Notes: generated from the letters alone by a model not told the origin. Shown: positions 10,662-21,277, counted from the first letter of the stretch. The stretch is 64,000 nt of DNA from Verrucomicrobiia bacterium (GCA_963664225.1 OY760937.1:4896001-4960000); one strand, 5' to 3'. A program made the numbers and translations.

Positions 10662-12704
10662 TCTGTTCGCTGATTAAACTGGTTCATCCGAAGCTCGCTG
10701 AAGCCATAGACCCGCAAGGCTCCCCAATATTTGCCGGAGTCTATCCAGTTGGAACTCTGTCGCCCGTCTTCAAGGGCGTCCACAAGCGTCTTGGTATTCC
10801 AGTTATAAGACCACTGGGTCATCCATTCACTCCTACAGTTGAAGAATGCTTGAAGGGTCCCCCAGCCGGGACCGCCGACCGTCTGATTCCAGCCAACAAA
10901 AGCGCTCGGCCTGTTGCGGCTCGGATTGGTGGTGATGCTTTGGTACCACGGCAATGAATTTGTTGTCTTGTTGACACCAAAGGCGTTTGGCCAATCCCCG
11001 TTTGCCGTCGAGCAGCCGTCCAGCCATACGAAGCGGTAGGGACGAGCGCCGCCATATTTGTTGAAAGTGATTTGGTCCCGCACGATTTGGGACGAGAGGA
11101 ACGCTTTTGACCCACGTAAGGTGGTGCCGCCAGTCACAACATTGTTGCTGTAGGTGTGAAGGTCGCCACCGATACCATTAGCCCAGCCGTGGCCGTAATA
11201 GTAGAGGTTGCGGGCGTCTGACGCGAACATGTTCGCTTTCAACGTGCCCCAACTGTCGTTACGTTGGGCTTGAGTGTAATCATTGGTGCCGTACTTGAGC
11301 GGTATTACCGAAGTTGGGACTTCGCGGTAAGCCGGTCCTCCTGCGATTCCACTGATGCCTGCGGACATGATGTCGCGCCGCGTGCCCGGCTCATAAAAAG
11401 TGTCGAGATAGGTGACGATCCAGCGGCCGACATTTGGATAAGCAGGCGCGACAATCGGTGTGGGACGGCTTGTTTGAGCGGCGGCAATGAATTGACCCGG
11501 CGCCGTGTCCAGTTCGAAAGTGATATAGGAATCGTAATATGGATCACCCTCCAAGCTGTCACGCGGATTGCCCAACTGGTCAAGCAGATCCCAAGTCCAC
11601 GAGACGTTACCATCTGCGGAATATCCTTCACCTCCCGCGATGTAGTCGCCCCAAGCATCTCCGATGTCAATCCACCAGTAGCCAGGACCTTTCAGTTTGG
11701 CCTTAAAGGTATAGCTTGTGTCATTCACGAGGTCCTTCCATTCAGGGAACGAAACAAGGTTGGTGACGTGAATGGTTTTGACGAGATTCGACAGGACAAG
11801 CGGCGGCGGAGATCCTTCACTGGTGTCTTCCGTGGTTCGGATGTTGGTGACAATTTGAATAGTGTGCAAACCGTTGGATAAGCGATCGGCCCATAGCCCA
11901 ACGCCCCAAATGAGGTTTGCGCCCTGCTGATAGCTCGTGTATTCACCAACGGTACTCGGCTGACCATCCAACAGAACTTCCACATTGTCGACCATGTCGA
12001 GGCTGACGTAATCGGCGATATCGACAGGAATGAATGTCGGGCCGTCAAAGGTGTAAGTTTCGACATCAGCCGAAAAGTTAGGAACATGATAAACGCGGAA
12101 GAAGCCCATATCGGGACAATCGCAGCCCCCGCTTGTCAATCCAAGAGGTTCATTGCCTTCCACGTTGAGTGACGCACGCCCCGAGAATGCCACGACCGGT
12201 TCCAAAAGTTCTGCCGGTGGTTCAAAAAAGAGGAGGCCGTTGGTATCAAATCCGGGAGGGTAAATTACGAATGGAACCGCTGCACCTGAGCCGTCGGCTG
12301 GTATTGCCCAAAGCCCGAGTAGTTGGTTGCTGGCTTCCGTCTCGGCGTTCATCAGCGAGTCACCTTCGATAATTGGGGGTAATTCTCCGCCGCCGCCACC
12401 TCCTCCGCTCCAGCCTCCACCAGAAGGCCATCCCAATGCCGTAAGAGTACAACAGGGTATTGTGTATGTTGAACGACTCGTGCTGTTGGCTGGGTATGCG
12501 TTTGTGAGCACTACCCACGGCGTGCTTGGGTCAAGCGTTGGGCGTCTGGATCATGTATTGTTCGTATCCATTGTTGCTCGGCCACGTTAACACGAGATTT
12601 GATCCTTGAACTTGAAGTGTTTGACCAACAACCCCGAACGAGCTAAATGTAGACGTTAACAAAATCACCAATGCTGCGATTGCTCCTTTTGTAGTGGATT
12701 TCAT
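10652..12704 (-). pseudogene. Secreted protein with C-terminal clan-CD-like (caspase/gingipain fold) cysteine peptidase domain, frameshifted near 12545
   Basis: ATG 12704 gives a signal peptide MKSTTKGAIAALVILL...YMIQ, then a stop. Another frame continues RPTLDPSTPWVVLTNAYP into the 619-aa ORF. YYYGHG and WLDGCST form a His/Cys dyad pattern. Confidence 0.7.
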
Positions 12705-13218
12705 ATTTTCGGCTCAGATTTTATTTGTCCTCAAAGATTTGCTGATATTTCATATGGCGTGCCCGATTATTCACTACGATATAGATGAACTTAGTGCGGT
12801 GTGAAAGTCAATATCAAAAAATCACCATTATAGCGTTGGGTAGAGGAGCCGTTTCGGTGAGGTCCCCGCCGAGTCGCCCTTCAGTAAACCAGAAATAATG
12901 AAATGGCTCGGCGGGTGGCCGACGCGCGGGATTGGCGCAGGAATTAATGAAACTGTTAATCACTGATAAAACAACGGGATGGAGTTGAAGGATCACGCGA
13001 AGGGAAAGGGATATGAACATGGATTGTCAGGATGGTGAAAAGGAAATGTGTGTGTGAAGAAAACATTCGTCGGATGAATAAAGCGCGTTACCCTTCCAAA
13101 AAACCGAGAATTGGTGCTTGCGACGGCGCAACATCCTGGTGTATTTAAGAGCAGGATTGCGATGCGTTGCGCGGGATTAAACCCGACCAGCTTGTTGCAA
13201 ACCGTTGATAATCAGGTG

Positions 13219-13305
13219 GCCGATGTGGCGGAATTGGCAGACGCGCTAGACTCAAAATCTAGTATCCGGAAGGATGTGTGGGTTCGACCCCCTCCGTCGG
13301 CACCA
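13219..13305 (+). tRNA. tRNA-Leu(CAA)
   Basis: Acceptor stem GCCGATG/CGTCGGC; D-arm GGAATTGGCAGAC; anticodon arm CTAGA-CT-CAA-AA-TCTAG; long variable arm; GGTTCGA; encoded CCA. Confidence 0.97.
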
Positions 13306-13394
13306 TCTCTGATTCAGGCGTTTTCCTTCTTTCAAACTCCATTCCAATTTGAATGGAATTTTTCCATCAGCATATCAACCAATGGCCCTTTGGG

Positions 13395-14591
13395 TCAGAG
13401 CTTTACCGCGTTGGCGACGGTGGTGACGTCTTTGTCCCCGCGCCCGGAGAGGTTGATTATGATAATCTGGTCCTTGCTCATTTTCGGCGCGCGTTCGATG
13501 ACCGCCGCGATGGCATGGGAGGATTCGAGCGCCGGGATGATGCCTTCCCAGCGCGCGGTGTTCATGAAGGCGTCCAGCGCCTGCGTATCGGTGGCGTAGG
13601 AATATTCCACGCGTCCCAAATCCCGCAGCCAGGCGTGTTCGGGCCCGACCGCCGCGTAATCCAGTCCAGCGGAAACGCTGTGGGTGAGCTGGACCTGGCC
13701 GTTTTCGTCCTGGAGCACGAACGAGCGCGTGCCCTGCAAGACTCCGAGGCTGCCGCCTTGAAAGCGCGCGGCGTGTTTGTTCGCCTTGATGCCTTCGCCG
13801 CCGGCCTCGACGCCCAGCATGCGGACGCTTTGGTCGTTCAAGAAGGGATAGAAGAGGCCAATGGCATTGGAGCCGCCGCCCACACAAGCGACCAGGAGGT
13901 CCGGCAGGCGTTTTTCCTTTTCCAGAATCTGTCGGCGCGCCTCGTCGCCGATGACGCGTTGGAAATTGCGAACCATCAGGGGATAGGGGTGCGCTCCATA
14001 GGCAGTGCCCAGGATGTAATGGGTGGTGCGGACGTTCGTGACCCAATCCCGCATGGCTTCATTGATCGCCTCTTTGAGCGTTTGCTGGCCGGCATTGACG
14101 GAAACCACCTCGGCGCCGAGCATTTTCATGCGATAGACGTTCAAGGCCTGGCGTTCGCAGTCCACGGCGCCCATATAAACGACGCACTTGAGGCCGAACA
14201 TGGCGCTGACCGTGGCGGTGGCGACTCCGTGTTGACCGGCGCCGGTTTCGGCAATCACGCGGGTTTTACCCATGCGCCGCGCGAGCAGGACCTGGCCGAT
14301 GGCGTTATTGATCTTATGCGCGCCGGTGTGGAGCAAATCCTCGCGCTTCAAGTAAATCTTGGGACCGCCGAGATGCTTTGTGAGGCGTTCGGCAAAGTAG
14401 AGCGGCGTGGGGCGTCCGCAGAACTCGCGCAGGTAATAATCGAGTTCCTTCTGAAACTCCGGGTCCTTCTGCGCCTTGAAATAATTTTCCTCGAGCTCCT
14501 GCAACGGGTGCATGAGCGTTTCGGGCACGAAACGACCGCCATAGGGACCGAAATGTCCCAGGGCGTCTGGAGTCTCCGCATTGGCTGGCAT
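13395..14591 (-). CDS. trpB: Tryptophan synthase beta chain
   Basis: [68 protein letters not shown]; exact start uncertain (14591 or 14597). Confidence 0.97.
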   Translation of the reverse strand: MPANAETPDALGHFGPYGGRFVPETLMHPLQELEENYFKAQKDPEFQKELDYYLREFCGRPTPLYFAERLTKHLGGPKIYLKREDLLHTGAHKINNAIGQVLLARRMGKTRVIAETGAGQHGVATATVSAMFGLKCVVYMGAVDCERQALNVYRMKMLGAEVVSVNAGQQTLKEAINEAMRDWVTNVRTTHYILGTAYGAHPYPLMVRNFQRVIGDEARRQILEKEKRLPDLLVACVGGGSNAIGLFYPFLNDQSVRMLGVEAGGEGIKANKHAARFQGGSLGVLQGTRSFVLQDENGQVQLTHSVSAGLDYAAVGPEHAWLRDLGRVEYSYATDTQALDAFMNTARWEGIIPALESSHAIAAVIERAPKMSKDQIIIINLSGRGDKDVTTVANAVKL

Positions 14592-14732
14592 GATCATAAT
14601 GGCACTCGCATTACACATAATTAAGCACCGCTTTCAAAGTGGCGGCAACCCGGATGCATGGCAAGGTGAAATCATGCCGGATTTACTTTTGGGCGAATGG
14701 GTGCTAATAGTGCGCGCGTGATCAATGAGACC

Positions 14733-15533
14733 ATGAAGATATGGAAGCAACTGGCGCAGCGGCGGCAACTGAGTTTGATTGCCGGGCCGTGTGTGATTGA
14801 GAGCGAGGCACTCTGCATGAAGGTGGCCGGTTTTATGATAAAAACCTGCGAGCGCCTGGAGATTCCCTACATTTTCAAGGCCAGCTTCGACAAAGCCAAC
14901 CGGACCTCGGGCCATTCCTATCGGGGACCGGGTTTGGATGAGGGATTGAAGATCCTGGGCCGGGTGCGTTCGGAGTTTGGCGTGCCGGTGCTCACCGATG
15001 TGCATACGGAGGAGCAGGCGATTCTGGCGGCTGAATATGTGGATGTCCTCCAAATCCCGGCGTTTTTGTGCCGACAGACCGATTTGATCGCGGCGGCCGT
15101 GAGGACTGGGAAAATTGTCAATTTGAAGAAGGGCCAGTTTTTATCGCCCGTGGACATGGGGCAGGTGGTGGCCAAGGCGGTGGAATCCGGGGGCAAGCTG
15201 CTGATGGTTACGGAGCGCGGGACCACCTTCGGCTACAACAACCTCGTGGCGGACATGCGGTCCATCCCGATTCTTTCGCGTTTGGGCTATCCCGTGATTT
15301 TTGACGCCACCCATTCGGTGCAATTGCCCGGGGGCGGAGGGACGAAATCGGGCGGCCAGAGGGAGTTTGCGCCGGTGCTGGCGCGTTGCGCGGTGGTCGC
15401 CGGTGTGGACGGTTTGTTTTTCGAGACGCATCCGGACCCCGACCAGGCGTTGAGCGACGGACCGAACATGATTCCCTTGAAGGAGATGCCCAAATTGCTT
15501 GCTGGACTGGTACGATTACGGCAGGCATTATAA
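14733..15533 (+). CDS. kdsA: KDO8P synthase
   Basis: [43 protein letters not shown]. Confidence 0.97.
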   Translation: MKIWKQLAQRRQLSLIAGPCVIESEALCMKVAGFMIKTCERLEIPYIFKASFDKANRTSGHSYRGPGLDEGLKILGRVRSEFGVPVLTDVHTEEQAILAAEYVDVLQIPAFLCRQTDLIAAAVRTGKIVNLKKGQFLSPVDMGQVVAKAVESGGKLLMVTERGTTFGYNNLVADMRSIPILSRLGYPVIFDATHSVQLPGGGGTKSGGQREFAPVLARCAVVAGVDGLFFETHPDPDQALSDGPNMIPLKEMPKLLAGLVRLRQAL

Positions 15534-15537
15534 TTTC

Positions 15538-16074
15538 ATGCCACGCAAGGTTAGCAAAGGGTTGTTGTCGCGGTTGGCCCGGGTCCGCTTGTTTCTCAGC
15601 GACGTGGATGGCATATTGACCGATGCCACCGTGTTGATGGGAGGCGACCATGAGGTCAAACGCTTCTGCGTCACCGATGGACTGGGCCTGAAGCTCCTGC
15701 GGGAATCCGGGATCAAGGTGGGTTGGATTTCAGGGCGTCCCTCGTCGGCCACCGAATTGCGGGCTCGTGAATTGGAGATCGATTTCCTGCACCAAAGCCG
15801 GAATAGCAAGGTGGAAGCGGCGGAGGAATTCATGGCAAAAACCGGCTGCAACTGGTCGCAGGTCTGCTACATGGGAGATGACGTCGTGGATTTGGGGATG
15901 CTCAAGCGCGTGGGCCTGGCCGTGGTGGTTCCTGATGCGATTGCCGAAGCCAAGGCGCTGGCGCATTATGAAACCAAGACGCCGGGTGGTCGGGGTGCGG
16001 TGCGTGAGGTGGTCGAGTTGATCTTGAAATCCCAGGGCAAATGGGACGCCGTGATCAAGAGGTATATGGCCTGA
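15538..16074 (+). CDS. kdsC: KDO8P phosphatase (HAD family)
   Basis: DVDGILTD, DGLG, ISGR, MGDDVVD, GGRGAVRE; follows kdsA. Confidence 0.92.
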   Translation: MPRKVSKGLLSRLARVRLFLSDVDGILTDATVLMGGDHEVKRFCVTDGLGLKLLRESGIKVGWISGRPSSATELRARELEIDFLHQSRNSKVEAAEEFMAKTGCNWSQVCYMGDDVVDLGMLKRVGLAVVVPDAIAEAKALAHYETKTPGGRGAVREVVELILKSQGKWDAVIKRYMA

Positions 16075-16076
16075 GA

Positions 16077-16580
16077 ATGAAACCCATGATCTGCAAAACG
16101 AATCGCATGACGCGCGCGGGTTCATGGGCGTGGCAACGGGGTTTGTCGCGAAGGCTGGCGCTGTTATGGCTGGTGCTAATTGCAGGCATTCCGTTGAGCG
16201 CGCAAAACATTTCCTTTGGATCGCCCAAGAATTTCAGCATTCCCGATTATTACGCCGGAAGTAATAAAAAGAGGTCCGTCATGACCGGGCTGCAGGCGAT
16301 TCCCCAATCCGCCAACCAGGTTCTCATCAAGGGATTGCACATAGAAACCTACGATAGGGCCGGAGTCACCAATCTGATTGTGGAGGCGCCGGAATGCCAG
16401 TTCGATTATTCCAGCAAGAACGCCTGGTCCGCCGGACCGCTGCAGGTGCGCGACGCTCTCGGACGGTTTACTCTCACGAATGACGCTGGATTTCTCTGGA
16501 AGCAGACAAACTCCTATTTGAGCGTTTCAAACAAAGTGCGGGTCACGATTCGCAGAGACATGCTAAAACTTCAATTTTGA
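16077..16580 (+). CDS. lptC: LptC-like LPS export periplasmic protein
   Basis: Position between kdsC and lptA; N-terminal hydrophobic segment; beta-rich jellyroll-like sequence. Confidence 0.6.
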   Translation: MKPMICKTNRMTRAGSWAWQRGLSRRLALLWLVLIAGIPLSAQNISFGSPKNFSIPDYYAGSNKKRSVMTGLQAIPQSANQVLIKGLHIETYDRAGVTNLIVEAPECQFDYSSKNAWSAGPLQVRDALGRFTLTNDAGFLWKQTNSYLSVSNKVRVTIRRDMLKLQF

Positions 16581-17257
16581 TGCGTATGAATCGATTATTT
16601 AGAGAGGCTGCATTGACCATGGTAGGGCGAGGCTCCCGCCGAGCCGCCGCTTCATTAATCCTTATCACGAGTTTGTTGCTGACCATGTTCGTCATAAACG
16701 CCTCGGCTCAAACGAACGAGGTCGCAGACACTTCCTCGAAGAATATCGTGATTGAATCCGATGATGGCGCGGAGTGGGATTTCAATACCGGAGTGGCGAT
16801 CTTTCGAAGCAATGTAAGAGTGACGGACGCGCCCAACATGGTCCTGACCTGTGAATTATTGACGGCGCATTTTGGAATCAACACGTCCACCAATTCCTCA
16901 GCCAAAACCAATGCCACTGCCGTTGCCAACACCAGCACCAACGCAAGTTCCAGCAATGGATTGGGCGCCGTGGAGACGATCGAAGCTGAACGCAACGTGG
17001 TGATCGATTTTGCGTCCCCGGAGGGCAAACGACATGCAACAGGGGACAAGCTGGTTTATGAGGCCGCCACCGATATTGTCACGTTGACTGGGAATGTGTA
17101 TTTGAAGGCCGAGCCACAGGGGGACATTACCGCACCCGCCGTCACCTGGGACCGGAAAACCGGTAAATTCAAAGTCCTGGGCAAAGCCAAATTCGAGTCG
17201 TCCATCAAAGTGGGCAGCCAATCCTTCTTTCCATCAAACACCAACAAATTCAAATGA
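16580..17257 (+). CDS. lptA: LptA/OstA family LPS transport protein
   Basis: F..NVRVTD, LTCELL, IEAERNVVI, ATGDKLVY, VTLTGN; upstream of lptB. Confidence 0.8.
   Translation: MRMNRLFREAALTMVGRGSRRAAASLILITSLLLTMFVINASAQTNEVADTSSKNIVIESDDGAEWDFNTGVAIFRSNVRVTDAPNMVLTCELLTAHFGINTSTNSSAKTNATAVANTSTNASSSNGLGAVETIEAERNVVIDFASPEGKRHATGDKLVYEAATDIVTLTGNVYLKAEPQGDITAPAVTWDRKTGKFKVLGKAKFESSIKVGSQSFFPSNTNKFK
16621..16648 (+). repeat. REP family A copy inside the lptA signal-peptide region
   Basis: GGTAGGGCGAGGCTCCCGCCGAGCCGCC, 27/28 identical to the intergenic copy at 1747-1774. Confidence 0.75.
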
Positions 17258-18033
17258 CGGTGACCAACGAAAACGACGCTGCATCTCCGGCACCCTCTGC
17301 AAAAGCGGATGGAAGCCTGATCCGGACCGAGGCGCTGGCCAAACAGTACCGTCATCGTCGCGTGGTGGATGGCATCTCCATCCATGTCCGCGCGGGTGAA
17401 GTTGTTGGGTTGCTGGGGCCGAATGGGGCTGGAAAAACGACCACCTTCAACATGGTGGTGGGCGTGGTGCGGCCGGATGAGGGCGCGGTGATTTTCGAGG
17501 GGGATAACATTACCCTGCTGCCGATGCACCTGCGGGCCCGGCGCGGGATTGGCTATCTGACCCAAGAGCCGTCGGTGTTCCGAAAATTGACGGTGGAACA
17601 GAACATCCTGGCGATTTTGGAGACGTGCAAAATCAATGCCCAGGAACGCCGGGTGCGCCTGAAATATCTTTTGGACGAATTGGACCTGGCGCCTCTGGCC
17701 AAAAGCAAGGCCTACACCCTGAGCGGGGGTGAGAAGCGTCGGCTTGAGATAACGCGCGCCCTGGTGACCAGCCCCAAATTGCTGCTTCTGGACGAGCCGT
17801 TCAGCGGCATCGATCCCATTGCCGTTTACGAAGTGCAAAAAATCGTGCGGCGGTTGAAGGATCGAGGTCTGGGAATTTTGATCACGGATCATAACGTGCG
17901 CGAGACGCTGAAGCTGGTGGATCGGGCGTATTTGATTCACAAAGGCCGGGTGGTATGCGAGGGATCGGCTGAAGTTTTGGAGAGCGACCCCAAGGCCCGC
18001 GAAATTTACCTCGGACCTGAGTTTAGCTTGTAG
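17254..18033 (+). CDS. lptB: LPS export ABC transporter ATPase
   Basis: GPNGAGKTT, GIGYLTQEPSVFRKL, LSGGEKRRLEI, LLDEPFSGIDP, ITDHNVRETL, YLG. Confidence 0.97.
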   Translation: MTVTNENDAASPAPSAKADGSLIRTEALAKQYRHRRVVDGISIHVRAGEVVGLLGPNGAGKTTTFNMVVGVVRPDEGAVIFEGDNITLLPMHLRARRGIGYLTQEPSVFRKLTVEQNILAILETCKINAQERRVRLKYLLDELDLAPLAKSKAYTLSGGEKRRLEITRALVTSPKLLLLDEPFSGIDPIAVYEVQKIVRRLKDRGLGILITDHNVRETLKLVDRAYLIHKGRVVCEGSAEVLESDPKAREIYLGPEFSL

Positions 18034-18103
18034 TGACGGATGTGCGGGCGATGGGGGAGCGGTTATTCCGCACCAACGCGTCGATCTGAAGGAAAGGGAT
18101 ATT

Positions 18104-19051
18104 ATGCAGCGTGATATTGTCACGGTCGAAAAATTCTACACCGAGCACCAGGGTTTGCTGGGCTTGAAGCTGGTGGCTGGCGCGTCGGGGCTCAAACGCT
18201 TTATTCGCGAGCCAACGGTGAATCGGCCAGGCCTGGTGCTGGCTGGATTTACGAAGTATTTTGCCGGGCGCCGGATACAAGTCATCGGCAGCGCGGAGGC
18301 AACCTTCCTGAAGTCATTGACGCCTGAGCAACGGGATAGACGGTATAAAGAACTGTTCTCGTTCCGCATTCCGTGCGTGATCTTTTGCCGGGGCATCAAT
18401 CCCGATAAACAATTGCTCAAGGCGGCGGAAGCGGTGGACACGCCGGTTTTCAAGTGTCCATTGATCACAATGAAATTCATCAACCTGGCCACGCTGGCGC
18501 TGGAGATGATGTTTGCGCCGCACGGCACCGAGATGGGGAGCATGGTGGATATTCTGGGCGTGGGAGTCATCGTTCGCGGGGAAAGCGGCATCGGCAAGAG
18601 CGAGAGTGTGCTTGAGTTGATCGAGCGCGGCTACAGCCTGGTGGCCGACGACATCACCAAAGTGACGCTGGTGGACGGGCGCGAGATCATTGGAACAAGC
18701 CCCGCATTGACTCGCAACCACATGGAAGTCCGGGGCATCGGCATCATCAATGTGGCCGCGATGTTCGGAGTCAAAAGCATTCGCACGGAAAAGCGGGTGG
18801 ACCTCATTGTCACGCTCAAGCCGTGGCAGCAGCTCGCGGACATCGATCGGTTGGGGATGGACGATGATTTTGTAAAAGTCCTCGGGATTAATGTCCCGCA
18901 CGCAACAATTCCCGTGGCGCCGGGGCGGAATGTCGCACGATTGGTCGAGGTTGCGGCCTTCCAAACCAAGCTCAAGATCATCGGTTATAACGCAGCCAAG
19001 GAGTTCAACGAGCGGCTGATACAAAAGATGACCGGCGGCGGGATTCAGTAA
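18104..19051 (+). CDS. hprK: HPr(Ser) kinase/phosphorylase
   Basis: NRPGL, GESGIGKSE, LVADD, MEVRGIGII, PGRN. Confidence 0.95.
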   Translation: MQRDIVTVEKFYTEHQGLLGLKLVAGASGLKRFIREPTVNRPGLVLAGFTKYFAGRRIQVIGSAEATFLKSLTPEQRDRRYKELFSFRIPCVIFCRGINPDKQLLKAAEAVDTPVFKCPLITMKFINLATLALEMMFAPHGTEMGSMVDILGVGVIVRGESGIGKSESVLELIERGYSLVADDITKVTLVDGREIIGTSPALTRNHMEVRGIGIINVAAMFGVKSIRTEKRVDLIVTLKPWQQLADIDRLGMDDDFVKVLGINVPHATIPVAPGRNVARLVEVAAFQTKLKIIGYNAAKEFNERLIQKMTGGGIQ

Positions 19052-19127
19052 TGAAACCGGTTTCAGCGATGTGAAATGATTTGGGCCTTGGCAAAACGGG
19101 CTTTTATCTTCACAATCAGACTTAGCG

Positions 19128-19418
19128 ATGAGCGCTGTTAAGAAAGCAAATTTAGTAGTCAAAGAAGTGGTGGTCTTGAACAAGCTGGGTATTCACGCCC
19201 GGCCGGCCGCCATGTTTGTCAAAGCGGCCAATGCGTTTGCGTCTAAGATTTTTGTGGAAAAAGACGGGGAAACCGTCAATGGCAAGAGCATCATGGGCTT
19301 GATGATGCTGGCCGCCGGCCCGGGAAGCAAAATCCGGATGCAAGCCGACGGGCTTGACGCCCCGCAGGCCATCAATGCGCTCGAAGCCCTGGTGAAACGC
19401 AAGTTCGACGAGGACTGA
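19128..19418 (+). CDS. ptsH: HPr phosphocarrier protein
   Basis: GIHARPAA and NGKSIMGLMML motifs. Confidence 0.95.
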   Translation: MSAVKKANLVVKEVVVLNKLGIHARPAAMFVKAANAFASKIFVEKDGETVNGKSIMGLMMLAAGPGSKIRMQADGLDAPQAINALEALVKRKFDED

Positions 19419-19542
19419 CCCCTCCGCGTTGCGTGTCATTCGAATGGGTCCAGGCCAGGCCAGGGTGCGTGCATTGCCTTGAGTGGCGCTGGCACGCCGT
19501 TTTTTTCATGGGCAACTCTTCACTGTTCATTAGTATCAGATC

Positions 19543-20829
19543 ATGATTTCAAGACAGAAATCCGAGCAAATGTTTGCCGAGGCGCTGAAATTCATTCCCG
19601 GTGGAGTGAATTCGCCGGTGCGGGCGTTTCGTGCCGTGGGCGGCACACCATTTTTTGTCGATCGAGCGCAGGGAGCCCGCGTTTGGGACATCGACGGCAA
19701 TGAGTTGCTCGATTACGTCGGCACATGGGGCCCGGCCATTCTGGGCCACGCCGATCCGCGCATCATCGAGGCCGTAAAGGCCGCCGCAGACCGGGGAACG
19801 AGTTTCGGGATCCCGAATCCTTTGGAAGTCACGATGGCAAAGGTCATCTGTAAACGCGTGCCTTCCGTGGAAAAAGTGCGGATGTGCAACTCTGGAACGG
19901 AATCGACCATGTCGGCGATCCGGCTGGCGCGTGGTTTCACGGGTCGCGAAAAAATCATCAAATTCGAAGGCTGTTATCATGGGCATGTGGACAGCCTGTT
20001 GGTGAAGGCCGGTTCCGGGGCGCTGACCTTCGGCCATCCCGACAGCGCGGGCATTCCAGCTTCCTTCACGCAGCACACGCTGGTGCTGCCATTCAACGAT
20101 CTGGACGCGGTCCGGCAGGCCTTTGACGCGTATCCGGGCCAGATTGCCGCCATCATTGTCGAGCCGGTGCCGGGTAATTCGGGCGTTTATTTGCCGCGAC
20201 CGGGTTATTTGGAAGGCCTTTCCAGTGTCACCCGGCAGAATGGGGCATTGCTCATTTTTGACGAGGTGATGACCGGTTTTCGCCTGGCCCCGGGCGGGGC
20301 GCAGGAACGCTTTTCAATCAAGCCCGATCTGAGTTGTTTTGGGAAAATCATTGGCGGCGGCCTGCCAGTGGGCGCGTTTGGCGGCCGCGCGGAGATCATG
20401 GATTTTCTCGCTCCGCTGGGCCCGGTGTATCAGGCGGGAACGCTCAGCGGGAATCCGCTGGCGATGGCTGCGGGCCTGGCCGCGTTGAACGCGCTGGCGG
20501 ATGGCAGCGTGTATTCGTGTCTGGAGAGCCTGGGGGCTGAATTGGAGCGCGGGATGAAGGCTGCGGCGAAGGCAGCGGGTGTTCCCGTTCAATTCAACCG
20601 GATCGGATCCATGTTTTGCGCCTACTTCACCACAAGGCCGGTGTATAATCTGCAGGACGCGATGGAGAGCGACCGCGCCTTGTTTGCCCGTTATTTTCAC
20701 GGGATGCTGGAGGAGGGCATTTACCTGGCGCCTTCACAATTCGAGGCGGGTTTTATTTCTGCGGCGCACACGGCGGCGGATATGGAACGGACCGTTCAGG
20801 CGGCCAGCCGGGTGCTCAAGAATTTGTAA
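19543..20829 (+). CDS. hemL: Glutamate-1-semialdehyde 2,1-aminomutase
   Basis: PGGVNSPVRAF, NSGTE, FEGCYHGH, FDEVMTGFR, GKIIGGGLP, YQAGTLSGNP, PSQFE. Confidence 0.97.
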   Translation: MISRQKSEQMFAEALKFIPGGVNSPVRAFRAVGGTPFFVDRAQGARVWDIDGNELLDYVGTWGPAILGHADPRIIEAVKAAADRGTSFGIPNPLEVTMAKVICKRVPSVEKVRMCNSGTESTMSAIRLARGFTGREKIIKFEGCYHGHVDSLLVKAGSGALTFGHPDSAGIPASFTQHTLVLPFNDLDAVRQAFDAYPGQIAAIIVEPVPGNSGVYLPRPGYLEGLSSVTRQNGALLIFDEVMTGFRLAPGGAQERFSIKPDLSCFGKIIGGGLPVGAFGGRAEIMDFLAPLGPVYQAGTLSGNPLAMAAGLAALNALADGSVYSCLESLGAELERGMKAAAKAAGVPVQFNRIGSMFCAYFTTRPVYNLQDAMESDRALFARYFHGMLEEGIYLAPSQFEAGFISAAHTAADMERTVQAASRVLKNL

Positions 20830-20837
20830 TCATCATT

Positions 20838-21251
20838 ATGCGCATACTCGCCATCGACCACGGTACCGTACGAATGGGCATTGCCCTGAGCGATGAAATG
20901 CAAATGCTCGCCAAGCCGCTGGAATTCATTCCCGCCGATCCGTTCTCCGTATTTCTGGACCGGCTCAAGGAACTGATCCGGGAATACCAGGTGGAATTGA
21001 TTCTTGTGGGCATGCCGCGCAACATGAATGGGAGTTACGGTCCGGCGGCGTTGAAGGTGAAGGAATTTGTCGCCGTGCTCAATGAGTCGATAGTGATTCC
21101 GATCAAGACCTGGGACGAACGGCTGACCTCGGTCCAGGCGCATCGATTCTTGAGCGAGGGCGGGGTCAAGGCTTCGAAACGCCGCGGAAAAGTGGATCAG
21201 TCCGCCGCCGCCATTTTATTGCAGAGCTATCTGGAATCGCTTTCGCTTTGA
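20838..21251 (+). CDS. ruvX: YqgF/RuvX family nuclease
   Basis: RILAIDHG..RMGIALSD, VGMP, WDERLTS, VDQSAAAILLQ. Confidence 0.93.
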   Translation: MRILAIDHGTVRMGIALSDEMQMLAKPLEFIPADPFSVFLDRLKELIREYQVELILVGMPRNMNGSYGPAALKVKEFVAVLNESIVIPIKTWDERLTSVQAHRFLSEGGVKASKRRGKVDQSAAAILLQSYLESLSL

Positions 21252-21277
21252 GGATTCAGCGGCAAAGCGTTTCAGTC

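Noticed and set aside
13111..13599. 162-aa ORF spanning tRNA-Leu
   Set aside because: It overlaps a clear tRNA and trpB; spurious.
13353..14624. 423-aa plus-strand ORF opposite trpB, and similar long shadows over cusA, the fucosidase, the glcD-like gene and the oxidase
   Set aside because: Antisense frames that stay open because of high-GC codon bias; the opposite strand holds recognisable genes.
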